DNA of 32,000 nucleotides from Candidatus Saccharimonadota bacterium (GTDB lineage Bacteria; Patescibacteriota; Saccharimonadia; Saccharimonadales; UBA4665). Shown here one piece after another: positions 16,655 to 25,416 of this stretch. The stretch spans positions 510,001 through 542,000 of the forward strand of contig CP064993.1 of NCBI GenBank assembly GCA_016699955.1. Direction: 5' to 3'. The notes under the pieces were generated by a model. It worked only from the letters and a program-made list of their open reading frames with translations. It was not told where the DNA came from and ran no database searches. The translations under genes were made by a program, and so were the position numbers. How positions within the stretch are numbered: position 1 is the stretch's first letter; every line of letters begins with the position of its first letter.

Positions 16655-16748
16655 GCAAGAGCGAAGTCTTTTAGCTAGGAACCTTTTGTTATCACGCTAG
16701 CCCAGCTGAAAAATGGCGGCGATGGATGGATTGTTCCTTCGCTCTTGC
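16655..16748 (+). repeat. 12-bp perfect inverted repeat GCAAGAGCGAAG / CTTCGCTCTTGC enclosing 70 nt
   Basis: Arms at 16655-16666 and 16737-16748. The second arm sits at the -35 position of the downstream promoter. Confidence 0.5.
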
Positions 16749-16758
16749 CTCACTTGCT

Positions 16759-16766
16759 TGTACAAT
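16759..16766 (+). promoter_or_regulatory. TG-TACAAT -10 box 7 nt upstream of ATG 16774
   Basis: The sequence reads cttgTACAATagtgcttATG. Confidence 0.45.
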
Positions 16767-16773
16767 AGTGCTT

Positions 16774-17433
16774 ATGTATTATTTTCCAAATCGCACGGTT
16801 GCCGGTGGCTTAATTGTCGATCAGCTCGAGAAAAAATACCGCTACCAAGATTGCGCGGTGATTGCCCTAAGCGACGGGGCAGTTGTAGTAGGCGCGGAAA
16901 TAGCTAAACGGCTGCACTGCGTTATAAACATGCTCCTCTCATCTGCAATACAGCTACCGCGTGAAGTTGAGGCTTTGGCGTCCATAGACAACTTTGGTGG
17001 GGTGACGTATAACGACATGTTTAGCCCTGGGGAACTAGAAGAGATTAAGAGCGAGTACTTTAACTATATTGAGCAGCAAAAACTACAAAAGCTTTTTGAA
17101 ATGAACGAGCTCCTTGGCCAAGGTGGTGTTTTAGACACAAGGTTCCTTCACAACAGGGTGGTTATTGTTGTGTCAGACGGCTTGAGTAATGGTTTTTCAA
17201 TGCGAGCAGCCTACGAATTTTTAAAACCAGTAAAAACGAAGAAAGTAATCATGGTGTCTCCGTTTGCAAGTGTGGCGGCAGTCGACCAGATGCATATGCT
17301 TGCAGACGAAATTGTTTGCCTGAACGTTATCGAAGACATTATATCTATAGACCACTATTATGATGACAATTCGCTGCCCGCGCACGAAGCAGTTATTCGC
17401 ATACTTGAAGACATAGTCCTACACTGGGTATAG
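16774..17433 (+). CDS. phosphoribosyltransferase-fold protein (COG1926-like), divergent PRPP motif
   Basis: MYYFPNRTVAGGLIVDQL...VVIVVSDGLSNGFSMRAA...VIMVSPFASVAAVDQMHMLADEIVCLNV. Start chosen at 16774 on the basis of family N-termini (M..F.dR..AG) and the promoter position. Confidence 0.65.
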   Translation: MYYFPNRTVAGGLIVDQLEKKYRYQDCAVIALSDGAVVVGAEIAKRLHCVINMLLSSAIQLPREVEALASIDNFGGVTYNDMFSPGELEEIKSEYFNYIEQQKLQKLFEMNELLGQGGVLDTRFLHNRVVIVVSDGLSNGFSMRAAYEFLKPVKTKKVIMVSPFASVAAVDQMHMLADEIVCLNVIEDIISIDHYYDDNSLPAHEAVIRILEDIVLHWV

Positions 17434-17438
17434 CCGGT

Positions 17439-18137
17439 TTATTGTATAAAATCTTCGAGTGCAGGAATGTCTAAAAGGATAATTTTTGATTGTTCACTTG
17501 TAATAAAACCTTTTCGCTCAAGCTCTGAAAGTGTGCGACTTGTTGTTTCCCGGGTTGCGCTGATGGAACTTGCAATGTCCTGATGCCGGAGCGGCGCATC
17601 TATGCGGGTGCCTTTTTCGGTTTTCACGCCAAAACGATCCGCCATACCCAGCAAGAATGACGCGAGGCGCTCGCGCACTGTACGGTACTCAAGAGTCATA
17701 ATACGTTCGCCGTGCAAACGGAACATGTCTGCAAGAATGCTCACAACCGGAACGGCAGTTTCAGGGTGCGAGTGCAGGTGTTCAATAAAGGTATCTCGGC
17801 TTATTAGCCAAACGGTTGTCGGGGCAAGTGCAGTATATATAATTTCTCGTTCCCGGTGGGAAAGTGCCCAGGTAAGCCCAAGTAGCTCTCCGGACTGGCG
17901 GATGATAAGCAGGTTTTCTTCACCGTACTTAGTAATGTCATAAGCTTTTACTAGGCCGCTCTCAATGTAAAATACCCCACGAGGAGAACCGCCTGGTCGT
18001 ACAAGGAACTCACCTTTGGAATATTCCTGCCTGGTACCGGTATGAAATAAATCAACCAATGCCGTCAGCTGTGCATCATCGGCTAACATGCGTACATTAT
18101 CCCATAGTGTGCTACACCTGTCCACAAATGAGCTCAA
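17439..18137 (-). CDS. Crp/Fnr-family transcriptional regulator
   Basis: A cNMP-binding-like barrel (YSKGEFLVRPGGSPRGVFYIESGLVKAY) and a C-terminal HTH (SATRETTSRTLSELERKGFI). The track start is TTG 18137; ATG 18089 is an alternative. Confidence 0.85.
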   Translation of the reverse strand: MSSFVDRCSTLWDNVRMLADDAQLTALVDLFHTGTRQEYSKGEFLVRPGGSPRGVFYIESGLVKAYDITKYGEENLLIIRQSGELLGLTWALSHREREIIYTALAPTTVWLISRDTFIEHLHSHPETAVPVVSILADMFRLHGERIMTLEYRTVRERLASFLLGMADRFGVKTEKGTRIDAPLRHQDIASSISATRETTSRTLSELERKGFITSEQSKIILLDIPALEDFIQ

Positions 18138-18165
18138 AGTGCGAAATGTATACTTGTTCTGCCAG

Positions 18166-18181
18166 TGTGATAAATATCTCA
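18166..18181. promoter_or_regulatory. CRP/FNR-box-like palindrome TGTGA-N6-TCTCA
   Basis: TGTGATAAATATCTCA lies in the divergent region between the crp-like gene and 18288. A second TGTGA half-site is at 18189-18193. Confidence 0.4.
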
Positions 18182-18287
18182 GTCATATTGTGATGAAGCA
18201 TACTGCATGCCAGCCGTCACTCCGGCATAATAGAGTCCACACAGGGAATTACCGGTCAACAGACTGAGACTCTCTAGGGAGGCAGAT

Positions 18288-18911
18288 ATGGTTAGTATGA
18301 AACATATCACCAATCAATTACGACAAATTGGATGTGACTACGCAGTGTGGGGCAGGAGCGAAATCCGTGAGCTGACCAATATCCTCATGGACGATGAAAA
18401 GATTTTACAGGCTGTCAACGGCTATTATGATGGCGGGTTTGCCATGCTGTGTGTCACGAACTACCGTGTGCTTATTGTTGACAAAAAACCTTTGGCGCTG
18501 ACCGTAGAAGATTTACGCTACGACATGATTGCAGAAGTCGATTTCAGTTCTCGCATATTTACGTCAGTGATGCACATATTTACACCCATGCGGACACTCA
18601 TTTTTACGAGCTGGAGTATGAGCAAACTTCGCGCTAGTATGAACTATGTTCAGCAACGTGTCATGGAGCTGCGCAACAACGACTATCTCATGAATCAGTT
18701 CATGCAGCAAAAGCAGCAACCAACACCGAAGTTTCTTTCCGGCAAGCGTTGGCAGCGCCAGACTGTGCCGCAAATGGTGCCCACTTCTGCTGCCAGCACG
18801 CAGCCAGCAGCAGACTTCGATACCTACCGCCCGGCTGTAAAACCGCTTGTGAACCCTTACACAAAAGTTCCGCTTTTGACTCGTCGCCGCAAATACCCCA
18901 GTTTTTACTAG
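18288..18911 (+). CDS. bacterial PH-domain (YokE/bPH_3-like) protein with a Gln-rich C-terminal region
   Basis: GRSEIRELTNILMDDEKILQAVNGYYDGGFAMLCVTNYRVLIVDKKPLALTVEDLRYDMIAEVDF. Shine-Dalgarno GGGAGG upstream. Confidence 0.6.
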   Translation: MVSMKHITNQLRQIGCDYAVWGRSEIRELTNILMDDEKILQAVNGYYDGGFAMLCVTNYRVLIVDKKPLALTVEDLRYDMIAEVDFSSRIFTSVMHIFTPMRTLIFTSWSMSKLRASMNYVQQRVMELRNNDYLMNQFMQQKQQPTPKFLSGKRWQRQTVPQMVPTSAASTQPAADFDTYRPAVKPLVNPYTKVPLLTRRRKYPSFY

Positions 18912-18962
18912 TCAACGCGAACTCGGCGTGGGCCACTCTAACCTGAACATAAAGCGTAAGTT

Positions 18963-18971
18963 TGCTATACT
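18963..18971 (+). promoter_or_regulatory. extended -10 TGcTATACT, 12 nt before ATG 18984
   Basis: The sequence reads tttGCTATACTgtcataagcagtATG. Confidence 0.4.
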
Positions 18972-18983
18972 GTCATAAGCAGT

Positions 18984-20708
18984 ATGAAACAGAGACTAAA
19001 GAAGTTGCCAATGTTTATGAAACGGTATGCCGTTCGGCACCCAAAGCCGGTGTATGTGGTGGGTGGTGTTTTGCTGGCAGTGATAGTAGCGCAGTTTGCG
19101 TATCCTTCGAGCCGTGTGTTACCTTTCGTTCGGCTCAACGGCACAAGGGTAGGGGCGCAGTCGGAGAAACAAATAACTCAAATGCTCATAGATACATATA
19201 GCAATGTGCCCCTGACTCTCCATGTCGACGGACCCGCAAAAGACCAGTCACGAAAGACTACCATTGCACCCGCTGGGCTGGAGCCAGATATTGATCGAAC
19301 GCTTCGTGAGCTGAAGGCATACCCGTGGTGGCAGCGAGTGATTCCGTTTAGCGGGCTCGTAAAGGGCATGACAAAGAACCAGTCCGTTCCAGTAACTTTT
19401 GACGAACAGCGTTTTAAAGAATATGCGAACAGTGAGCTGGCAGCATGCCGAGTTGAGCCGAAAAATGCCGGCGTAACTGTGCGAAGTGGCAGTGTTGTAC
19501 TCGACGCAGCCAAAGACGGTCAAGCCTGCACACAAGAGGCACTGCGAAAAGAATTGAAACGTCTTTCACTTGAGTCAAAAGGAGTGGATGCGTATGTAGA
19601 AGCCGATACAATTAAGCCTGTGCGGTCGGATAAAGATGTTGCGACCAAGTTGAAAGAAGCGCAAGTGCTTACCGAACGCAAACTGTCGCTCCAGCTTATT
19701 GACACGGAGTACCGAGTAGAAAAGGCAACCATTGCAGCCTGGCTGGTAATATCTGAAGATACTAAAGACAAAAAGAAGTTGACGGTCGATTTCGACACCA
19801 AGCCTATTCGGGACTATCTGACGGAAATGCAGAAAAAGATATATATTACGCCTGGCATCACCACGGTTAGGACGGCTGATGGTGTCGAAACTGGTCGCAG
19901 TGAAGGAACTTCTGGGCGGGGATTAAACTTTACAACTACGGCAGATGCGCTAAAGAAGCAATTACTAGGCGGAGATGGTGTGGTGAGTGCAGAGATAATT
20001 ACCCTCCAGCCCCGCGTCGCGTACCAGCGTACGTATTCGGCAACGCGGGCTGGTTTGCAGGCACTTGTCAACGACATCGCAAAAGACAAAGGCGACTACG
20101 CAATTACGGTTCGGCTAAGTGACGGATCGGCCGTGAGTGCAAACGGTACGAAGCGGTATCATCCGGCAAGTACGTACAAAATGTATGTGGCCTACAGTTT
20201 TTTGAAGCGAATAGAGAACGGCAGTATTAAGTGGGATGACGCGGCGACAGCAGGGAAAAACATGAGCCAATGCTTCGACATGATGATCATAAATTCCGAC
20301 AATACCTGTGCCGAGTGGCTGGGTGATAAGATTGGCTGGGCAAACATTCAGCACGAAGTGCGCGCGCTCGGCTTGAGCAACACAAGTACCATAAGAGGTG
20401 CCATGTATTCGACTACAGATGACGAAACGCTGTTTCTTCATAAACTACAATATGGAAATATTCTCGGTGATGCTGAACGCGCGCGCCTGCTTGACGTTAT
20501 GAAGCGGCAGGTATACCGGCAAGGGATTCCGGCGGGCACCATGGTAACGGTGGCAGATAAAGTCGGGTTTATCGATGGTAAGCTGCATGATGCGGCAATT
20601 GTGTATGGCAGTAAAACATACATGCTGACGATTATGTCGCAGGGAAGCACGTGGGCGCAGATTGCCGATGCAGCGCGGCAAATCAATGAGCAATTGAATA
20701 GGATGTAG
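18984..20708 (+). CDS. membrane-anchored serine hydrolase, class A beta-lactamase/DD-peptidase fold, with a VanW/YoaR-like N-terminal region
   Basis: N-terminal TM helix VYVVGGVLLAVIVAQFAY. C-terminal motifs are SxxK (ASTYK), SDN (NSDNT) and KxG (DKVG). Confidence 0.7.
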   Translation: MKQRLKKLPMFMKRYAVRHPKPVYVVGGVLLAVIVAQFAYPSSRVLPFVRLNGTRVGAQSEKQITQMLIDTYSNVPLTLHVDGPAKDQSRKTTIAPAGLEPDIDRTLRELKAYPWWQRVIPFSGLVKGMTKNQSVPVTFDEQRFKEYANSELAACRVEPKNAGVTVRSGSVVLDAAKDGQACTQEALRKELKRLSLESKGVDAYVEADTIKPVRSDKDVATKLKEAQVLTERKLSLQLIDTEYRVEKATIAAWLVISEDTKDKKKLTVDFDTKPIRDYLTEMQKKIYITPGITTVRTADGVETGRSEGTSGRGLNFTTTADALKKQLLGGDGVVSAEIITLQPRVAYQRTYSATRAGLQALVNDIAKDKGDYAITVRLSDGSAVSANGTKRYHPASTYKMYVAYSFLKRIENGSIKWDDAATAGKNMSQCFDMMIINSDNTCAEWLGDKIGWANIQHEVRALGLSNTSTIRGAMYSTTDDETLFLHKLQYGNILGDAERARLLDVMKRQVYRQGIPAGTMVTVADKVGFIDGKLHDAAIVYGSKTYMLTIMSQGSTWAQIADAARQINEQLNRM

Positions 20709-20803
20709 GGGTTGTTTTCTATGAGGCAACAGAGCTCGCCCCGCTTCTACCAACGTGGTTCCTGTGGTCGCAGGCATAGCTGCCCCGCCGTTGACGGGAT
20801 GAA

Positions 20804-21898
20804 TTACTTACTGACGTTGAATTTGAACTCGACAACGTCGTCAGGTTGCATTATGTAAGTTTTGCCTTCGGTACGGAGTTTGCCAGCAGCACGGGCGGTG
20901 GCAAGGGAACCGGCGTCGACGAGATCAGGATAGCTTACGACATCAGCGGCAATGAAGCCGCGCTCAAAGTCTCCGTGAATTACGCCAGCTGCTTGTGGGG
21001 CGGTGGCGCCTCGCGGAATAGTCCAGGCGCGGACTTCCTTGTCGCCGGCAGTTAGGTAGCTTTGCAACCCGAGTGTTTTGTAAGCGGTGTGGATGAGCTG
21101 TACTAGGCCGCTTTCGTGTACGCCGTAACTTTCGAGTAATTCGGTTCGATCGGCTGCGTCGAGGCTGCGGAGCTCATCTTCCAGCTTAGCGCAGACGAAC
21201 AGTGCCGGGGCAGGGGAAACGAGTGATTTTACCCGGGATTGCATTTCTGTATCTGTGAGCTTTACTTCATCAAGATTGAACAAGTAAAGTATTGGTTTCA
21301 AAGTTAGCAGTTGCAGCTCCTGCTGCAGCCAGCCGCGTGATTCATTGTTTATGATTTCAGGTTCGCCCCACAAAGGTCGTCCTTCATCCAAAACAGCCTT
21401 CACTTGTTCTACAAACTCAACCAGCGACTTTAGCTTCGCATTTGCTTTTGCTTCTTTTTCGAGGCGTGGCAAGCGGTTTGTAACGGTTTGCAGATCTGCC
21501 AGTACCAGCTCGGTGTTAATGACGTCAATATCTTTGGCGGTGTCATGAGCATCGTCTACGTGGATTACGTTGCTGTCGTCGAAAGCACGAACCACCTGGA
21601 CAATTGCGCTGCAAGTGCGAATGTGAGCGAGAAACTGGTTGCCGAGACCTTCGCCCTTGCTTGCACCTGCAACCAGTCCGGCGATATCTACGAATGTGAC
21701 GGTAGCAGGTTTGACAGGGGCGTCGTGGTACAGCTTACTCAGTGTCGTTAAGCGTTCATCTGGCACTGGCACAATGCCGGTGTTTGGCTCGATGGTCGCA
21801 AACGGGTAATTTGCTGCAAGAATGTTGCTGTCGGTGAGCGCATTAAACAGTGTTGATTTCCCAACATTCGGCAACCCAACAATACCTATACTTAACAT
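20804..21898 (-). CDS. ychF: ribosome-binding ATPase YchF
   Basis: GIVGLPNVGKSTLFNALT...NYPFATIEPNTGIV...DIAGLV.GASKGEGLGNQFL, plus the TGS-like C-terminus. Confidence 0.95.
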   Translation of the reverse strand: MLSIGIVGLPNVGKSTLFNALTDSNILAANYPFATIEPNTGIVPVPDERLTTLSKLYHDAPVKPATVTFVDIAGLVAGASKGEGLGNQFLAHIRTCSAIVQVVRAFDDSNVIHVDDAHDTAKDIDVINTELVLADLQTVTNRLPRLEKEAKANAKLKSLVEFVEQVKAVLDEGRPLWGEPEIINNESRGWLQQELQLLTLKPILYLFNLDEVKLTDTEMQSRVKSLVSPAPALFVCAKLEDELRSLDAADRTELLESYGVHESGLVQLIHTAYKTLGLQSYLTAGDKEVRAWTIPRGATAPQAAGVIHGDFERGFIAADVVSYPDLVDAGSLATARAAGKLRTEGKTYIMQPDDVVEFKFNVSK

Positions 21899-22011
21899 CT
21901 AACCCAATCAGTCTTTTCCATCTGTTAATCATAACATATTCAGTTAATAACATACTTGCAAAATAATAAAACTTATGCTATTATGTAATCTGTTAAGTAC
22001 TAATAAAAATT

Positions 22012-23166
22012 ATGTTCGAAATTACCCCTAAACCATTAGAAGTAATTCAAGCTCAAATGGCTACTTTTGCTGCGGAGCGGGTTGAGCATCATAAAGACAG
22101 TGGACATATATTTATTAACCTCGGCAACCTTGCGCTAGGTGAAGCGGGAGATGTTACACGAGTTACTACCTCTGCTGAAGATCATCAGGGTCTGGACGGC
22201 AACAATAAGCTACGAGTTCCAGTCGGTACTGAATGGACTGTCGCAACAGCAGTCGAGTATACGGATTTCTTGCGTTCAGTAGGTGGCTCACGATACAAAG
22301 CGATTCAAGGTCGTGCTGAAATGCTGAAAGGATATAGCCGTTTTGAGCGTACTATCGCAACACTTAGAGCCGAATTATCAGAGCTTGCAACTCGTAAAGA
22401 ACACCCTAATTTCTTAGGTAACGGTTCAAACGCAACAGTTTTTTCAATTATCGAAGGCGATAAGTCATACGCTGTTCGTGTGCCGAACGGCAAGGAGATT
22501 AGTCCAGGAGCTATAGATAGTCATCTTGCGGGTGCTGTTCTTGGCAAGGGTATTCCGCACCTAGAGCAAATAGTCGCTGCGTCATATAAAGACGGAGTTA
22601 CTGTAGCCGAAGTAATGCCAGGCAGAGAAGTTGGTCATCTTACTGTGGATGAAATTAAAGGCGTAACTGATGAACAACTTGTGGAGCTTGTAGATACTCT
22701 GGTGGCTGTAAGTGATCAAGGAATTGAAATTGACCCTAAGCCCTCTAACATTTTTTATGACCCCAAAGAAGGCTACGGCATAGTGGACTACCACTCTTCA
22801 AAAGTTGCAGGAAAGGAGTCCGCTGACCAAGACCTGGGCACCATAGTTGGCTGGATGGCAACATTCATTGGTAGCGCTGGCTTTTACGGTAAGCAGCCTA
22901 ATTACGATAAAACTACCGAGGAAGATGCTCACGATTTAGAGTTTATAAAAGCCAACTTAGATGTAATGATGCGTTACCGTTCTATTGTTGAACAGAAACT
23001 TACAGGCGAAACTCAACAAACAGCTCTAAAACAAATAGATAAAAAGTTACAGAGTGCGCAAGAATCAGTAGTGAACTATTCTACCCTGATTGGTGCTCAA
23101 GGCCACGAATGGAAGCTGCAACGACACGAACAAGCTAAAAAACCAGCCACTGACGACTGGCTATAA
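22012..23166 (+). CDS. protein-kinase-fold protein (atypical), with N- and C-terminal regions of unknown function
   Basis: Gly-rich loop LGNGSNATVF; beta3 YAVRV (Arg where the VAIK Lys is expected); catalytic loop IDPKPSNIFY (D.KP.N); DFG-equivalent IVDY. Confidence 0.6.
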   Translation: MFEITPKPLEVIQAQMATFAAERVEHHKDSGHIFINLGNLALGEAGDVTRVTTSAEDHQGLDGNNKLRVPVGTEWTVATAVEYTDFLRSVGGSRYKAIQGRAEMLKGYSRFERTIATLRAELSELATRKEHPNFLGNGSNATVFSIIEGDKSYAVRVPNGKEISPGAIDSHLAGAVLGKGIPHLEQIVAASYKDGVTVAEVMPGREVGHLTVDEIKGVTDEQLVELVDTLVAVSDQGIEIDPKPSNIFYDPKEGYGIVDYHSSKVAGKESADQDLGTIVGWMATFIGSAGFYGKQPNYDKTTEEDAHDLEFIKANLDVMMRYRSIVEQKLTGETQQTALKQIDKKLQSAQESVVNYSTLIGAQGHEWKLQRHEQAKKPATDDWL

Positions 23167-23183
23167 CTCTAGATACGGTTTAC

Positions 23184-23326
23184 AACTTAGCCCAACTGTA
23201 ACTCTTTTTGGCCTTCGGCAACTAGTTTGTCAAGTATTACGCCCACCCCTATCAGACGGTGGCATGGTCAGTTTTAGTTCAAAAGGTAGTTGGGTTATAA
23301 AGTCATCATGCCAATTTGTAAGCTCA
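23184..23326 (+). repeat. ~140-bp direct repeat, copy A
   Basis: Aligns with 25281-25416 plus 25822-25827. A 33-bp core is identical (23267-23299 = 25358-25390: GTCAGTTTTAGTTCAAAAGGTAGTTGGGTTATA). The copy begins 18 nt after the kinase-like gene stop. Confidence 0.85.
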
Positions 23327-24610
23327 TAAAAAGGTCCCTTTCCAGAGTTTCGCGGCAACTGGTTGGCGGAGACGAAAGTAACTAGGTGGCTTACTAATTT
23401 CATTGGTGAAATCCACGCCAAATTCCATAAAATCGCTGACTTCTTGTGCGATATCAAGCGGCTCGACGAATCGGACCTCCAGTATCGGTAAGTAGCTTAC
23501 CAGCGGGCTTAAAAACAGGTTATGGAAAGTATTTTGCAGGTCGTAGAGAGCCATGTGCTGCAAAAATTCGTCTCTGTCTAGCGGCTCAATGTAGCGCTCT
23601 CCGGGGGCATTCATTATTTGCATGGCAGCGTCCATCGGCATTGCTTGATTGTGTATTCGTTTAATGAGTATCTCAAATATTTCGTCGGATGTTTGCCATT
23701 CAGTAGCGGCTTTTTCAAAGATTTCTTGCCACAATGTTATCCATTCGGGCACTTCAAAAGCCTTTTTGAGTACCACATTGCGCTCGCGCCATGCAAGTAG
23801 GCTGTAAAGCCATAATTCTCTGGTAACTGAAGGCAATGTACCATCCGGAGCTTGCTTCTTGACATACTTGAGACATTGGTTGTACGAATAATCATGAGGA
23901 AAATACTGACTTTTATCATGACCTTCTGCTAAATCGAGCATCAGGGGCGAACGTTCCAAACTTTCTTGACCCACCATCATTCGAATTTGTTTGTATGGAT
24001 CCTGGTGCCGCGAGGGACTTTTGAATAAGCGTATAAGGATTTGTTCACCCTTGGTTAGCCGTACTTTTCTGCCGATTAGTTCGCCGTCTACTAAGTCGGC
24101 GGGGGCTACAGTTTCGTCAGGCAGAAAATCTTCGATCACTGTGTAGTAATAGCGCTCGAAAAGCCGGTGCACGTTGTTGATGACCGGTTTCCAGGATTTC
24201 AAGGGATAGTTATCTAGTATCTCGTACAGTTCGGCTTGAAACTTGCCCTGAATAGTCATGAGCAAGTCGGAAATTTTCGTCCATTGATTGCCGGTTGCTA
24301 CTTTGCCTTTGTTGGTTGACCGCTGTTTTGCTGCTTGTTGCTCAGGCGTGTCTCCACTTAGGGCTTTTCGGGGCGTCTGGTTCCAGAACCGCATATATAG
24401 GTCGACAAACTCCTTGGCTTGTTTTTTGGTCGCTTCACTGAGCCAGTTCTCAAGCTGCTCGGATGGCATAATTACCTTATCCAAAAATAAATCATTGCCA
24501 ACTTTGTTCAAATCTAGATCCTGACACGAAGGAATATGCAAGGCAATCGCGGTGATATTTGTGTGAAGTTGCCGCCACTCTTTGTCCGGTTTAAATTTCA
24601 ATTTTGTCAT
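23324..24610 (-). CDS. hypothetical protein (428 aa), ORFan
   Basis: A long clean ORF with a leaderless-type promoter. I recognise no catalytic motif. It contains WNQTPRKALSGDTPEQ. Confidence 0.6.
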   Translation of the reverse strand: MTKLKFKPDKEWRQLHTNITAIALHIPSCQDLDLNKVGNDLFLDKVIMPSEQLENWLSEATKKQAKEFVDLYMRFWNQTPRKALSGDTPEQQAAKQRSTNKGKVATGNQWTKISDLLMTIQGKFQAELYEILDNYPLKSWKPVINNVHRLFERYYYTVIEDFLPDETVAPADLVDGELIGRKVRLTKGEQILIRLFKSPSRHQDPYKQIRMMVGQESLERSPLMLDLAEGHDKSQYFPHDYSYNQCLKYVKKQAPDGTLPSVTRELWLYSLLAWRERNVVLKKAFEVPEWITLWQEIFEKAATEWQTSDEIFEILIKRIHNQAMPMDAAMQIMNAPGERYIEPLDRDEFLQHMALYDLQNTFHNLFLSPLVSYLPILEVRFVEPLDIAQEVSDFMEFGVDFTNEISKPPSYFRLRQPVAAKLWKGTFL

Positions 24611-24617
24611 ACGACTT

Positions 24618-24640
24618 ATTGTAACAGAGGTGTTTGTTAC
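24618..24640 (-). promoter_or_regulatory. extended -10 (TGtTACAAT) 7 nt upstream of ATG 24610, overlapped by an inverted repeat GTAACA-N8-TGTTAC
   Basis: The minus strand reads ctcTGTTACAATaagtcgtATG. The IR occupies 24621-24640. Confidence 0.45.
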
Positions 24641-24680
24641 TGAAAACCTAGACTTTCAATGGTTGTCGCAATTTCTAGTT

Positions 24681-24713
24681 TTGCATAATGCATCGTTCTG
24701 TACTACAATGTAG
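24681..24713 (+). promoter_or_regulatory. TA-operon promoter TTGCAT-17-TACAAT with two operator-like palindromes
   Basis: -35 at 24681-24686 and -10 at 24704-24709, with the ATG 9 nt downstream. Palindromes TGCAT-A-ATGCA (24682-24692) and CTACA-A-TGTAG (24703-24713) overlap the -35 and -10 boxes. Confidence 0.55.
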
Positions 24714-24718
24714 ACATT

Positions 24719-24994
24719 ATGAATAGCGCAGCTTTAACCATCAGAACCGATCCTAAGACCAAGAAGACCATAGCAGATTTTGCTGCCTCGGTTGGTTTGT
24801 CTACCAGCGCTTTTGCGACTGCCATATTGTTACAGGCGGTACGTGAGCAGCGAGTACTGTTAACCCCAGCCCTTGAACCGACCCCTTACTTAGAGGAAAC
24901 TATGCGTAAGGCCAAGGTAGATCGCAAGGCGGGTCGTAACTACACGACAGTAACCAATAAAGCGGAATTAGAAGTCTTCTTCAAGTCCATATGA
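24719..24994 (+). CDS. dinJ: DinJ/RelB-family antitoxin (ribbon-helix-helix)
   Basis: LTIRTDPKTKKTIADFAASVGLSTSAFATAILLQAVREQRV. It overlaps the toxin gene by 4 nt (ATGA). Confidence 0.75.
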   Translation: MNSAALTIRTDPKTKKTIADFAASVGLSTSAFATAILLQAVREQRVLLTPALEPTPYLEETMRKAKVDRKAGRNYTTVTNKAELEVFFKSI

Positions 24995-25257
24995 TAACTA
25001 TCAAGCTGCATAAGGACTTCGTCAAACAGGTGGCGAACTTGAAGCCAGCCCAAAAAAAACGGCTTCAGGCAGCTATGGAGCTTTTTCAAGAGCATCCGGG
25101 ACATCCTAATCTGTATAATCACCCATTAACCGGCGAATGGAACGGCTACCGATCGATTGCTTTTGGTGGAGATTGGCGAGCGCACTTTGAGCTGACTGAC
25201 GATGATACGATAGCGTGGTTCGTGGCTTGTGGCACCCATAACCAGCTCTATAAGTAG
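24991..25257 (+). CDS. yafQ: YafQ/RelE-family mRNA interferase toxin
   Basis: ...NHPLTGEWNGYRSIAFGGDWRAHFELTDDDTIAWFVACGTHNQLY matches the family pattern HPL.G.W.GYR....DWR..Y......I....GTH..LY. Confidence 0.75.
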   Translation: MITIKLHKDFVKQVANLKPAQKKRLQAAMELFQEHPGHPNLYNHPLTGEWNGYRSIAFGGDWRAHFELTDDDTIAWFVACGTHNQLYK

Positions 25258-25280
25258 TTTATCGCCAGTGTTAATGTGTT

Positions 25281-25416
25281 AACTTTGCTAATCAACCGTT
25301 ACCTCGGCAACTAATTAGTCAGAGTAGCCGCGTTCACCGCTATCAGTCGGTGGCATCGTCAGTTTTAGTTCAAAAGGTAGTTGGGTTATACAGTTATCAA
25401 GCCTATTGCTAAACTC
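25281..25416 (+). repeat. ~140-bp direct repeat, copy B (its tail is split by the MITE)
   Basis: See copy A. This copy begins 24 nt after the yafQ-like stop and continues as CATACA (25822-25827) beyond the MITE. Confidence 0.85.

Noticed and set aside
16726-16773. An upstream start (16726 or 16713) for the PRTase-fold gene.
   Set aside because: The extension (MDCSFALASLACTIVL) overlaps the TACAAT -10 box. Family members start M..F.dR..AG, which matches ATG 16774.
23215-23329. The direct-repeat units as duplicated protein-coding gene ends (the tail of track ORF 23090..23329, ...PLSDGGMVSFSSKGSWVI).
   Set aside because: Copy B has a 2-nt indel upstream of the core that shifts the frame, and the ATG is ATC in copy B. 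Conservation is at the nucleotide level, not the protein level.
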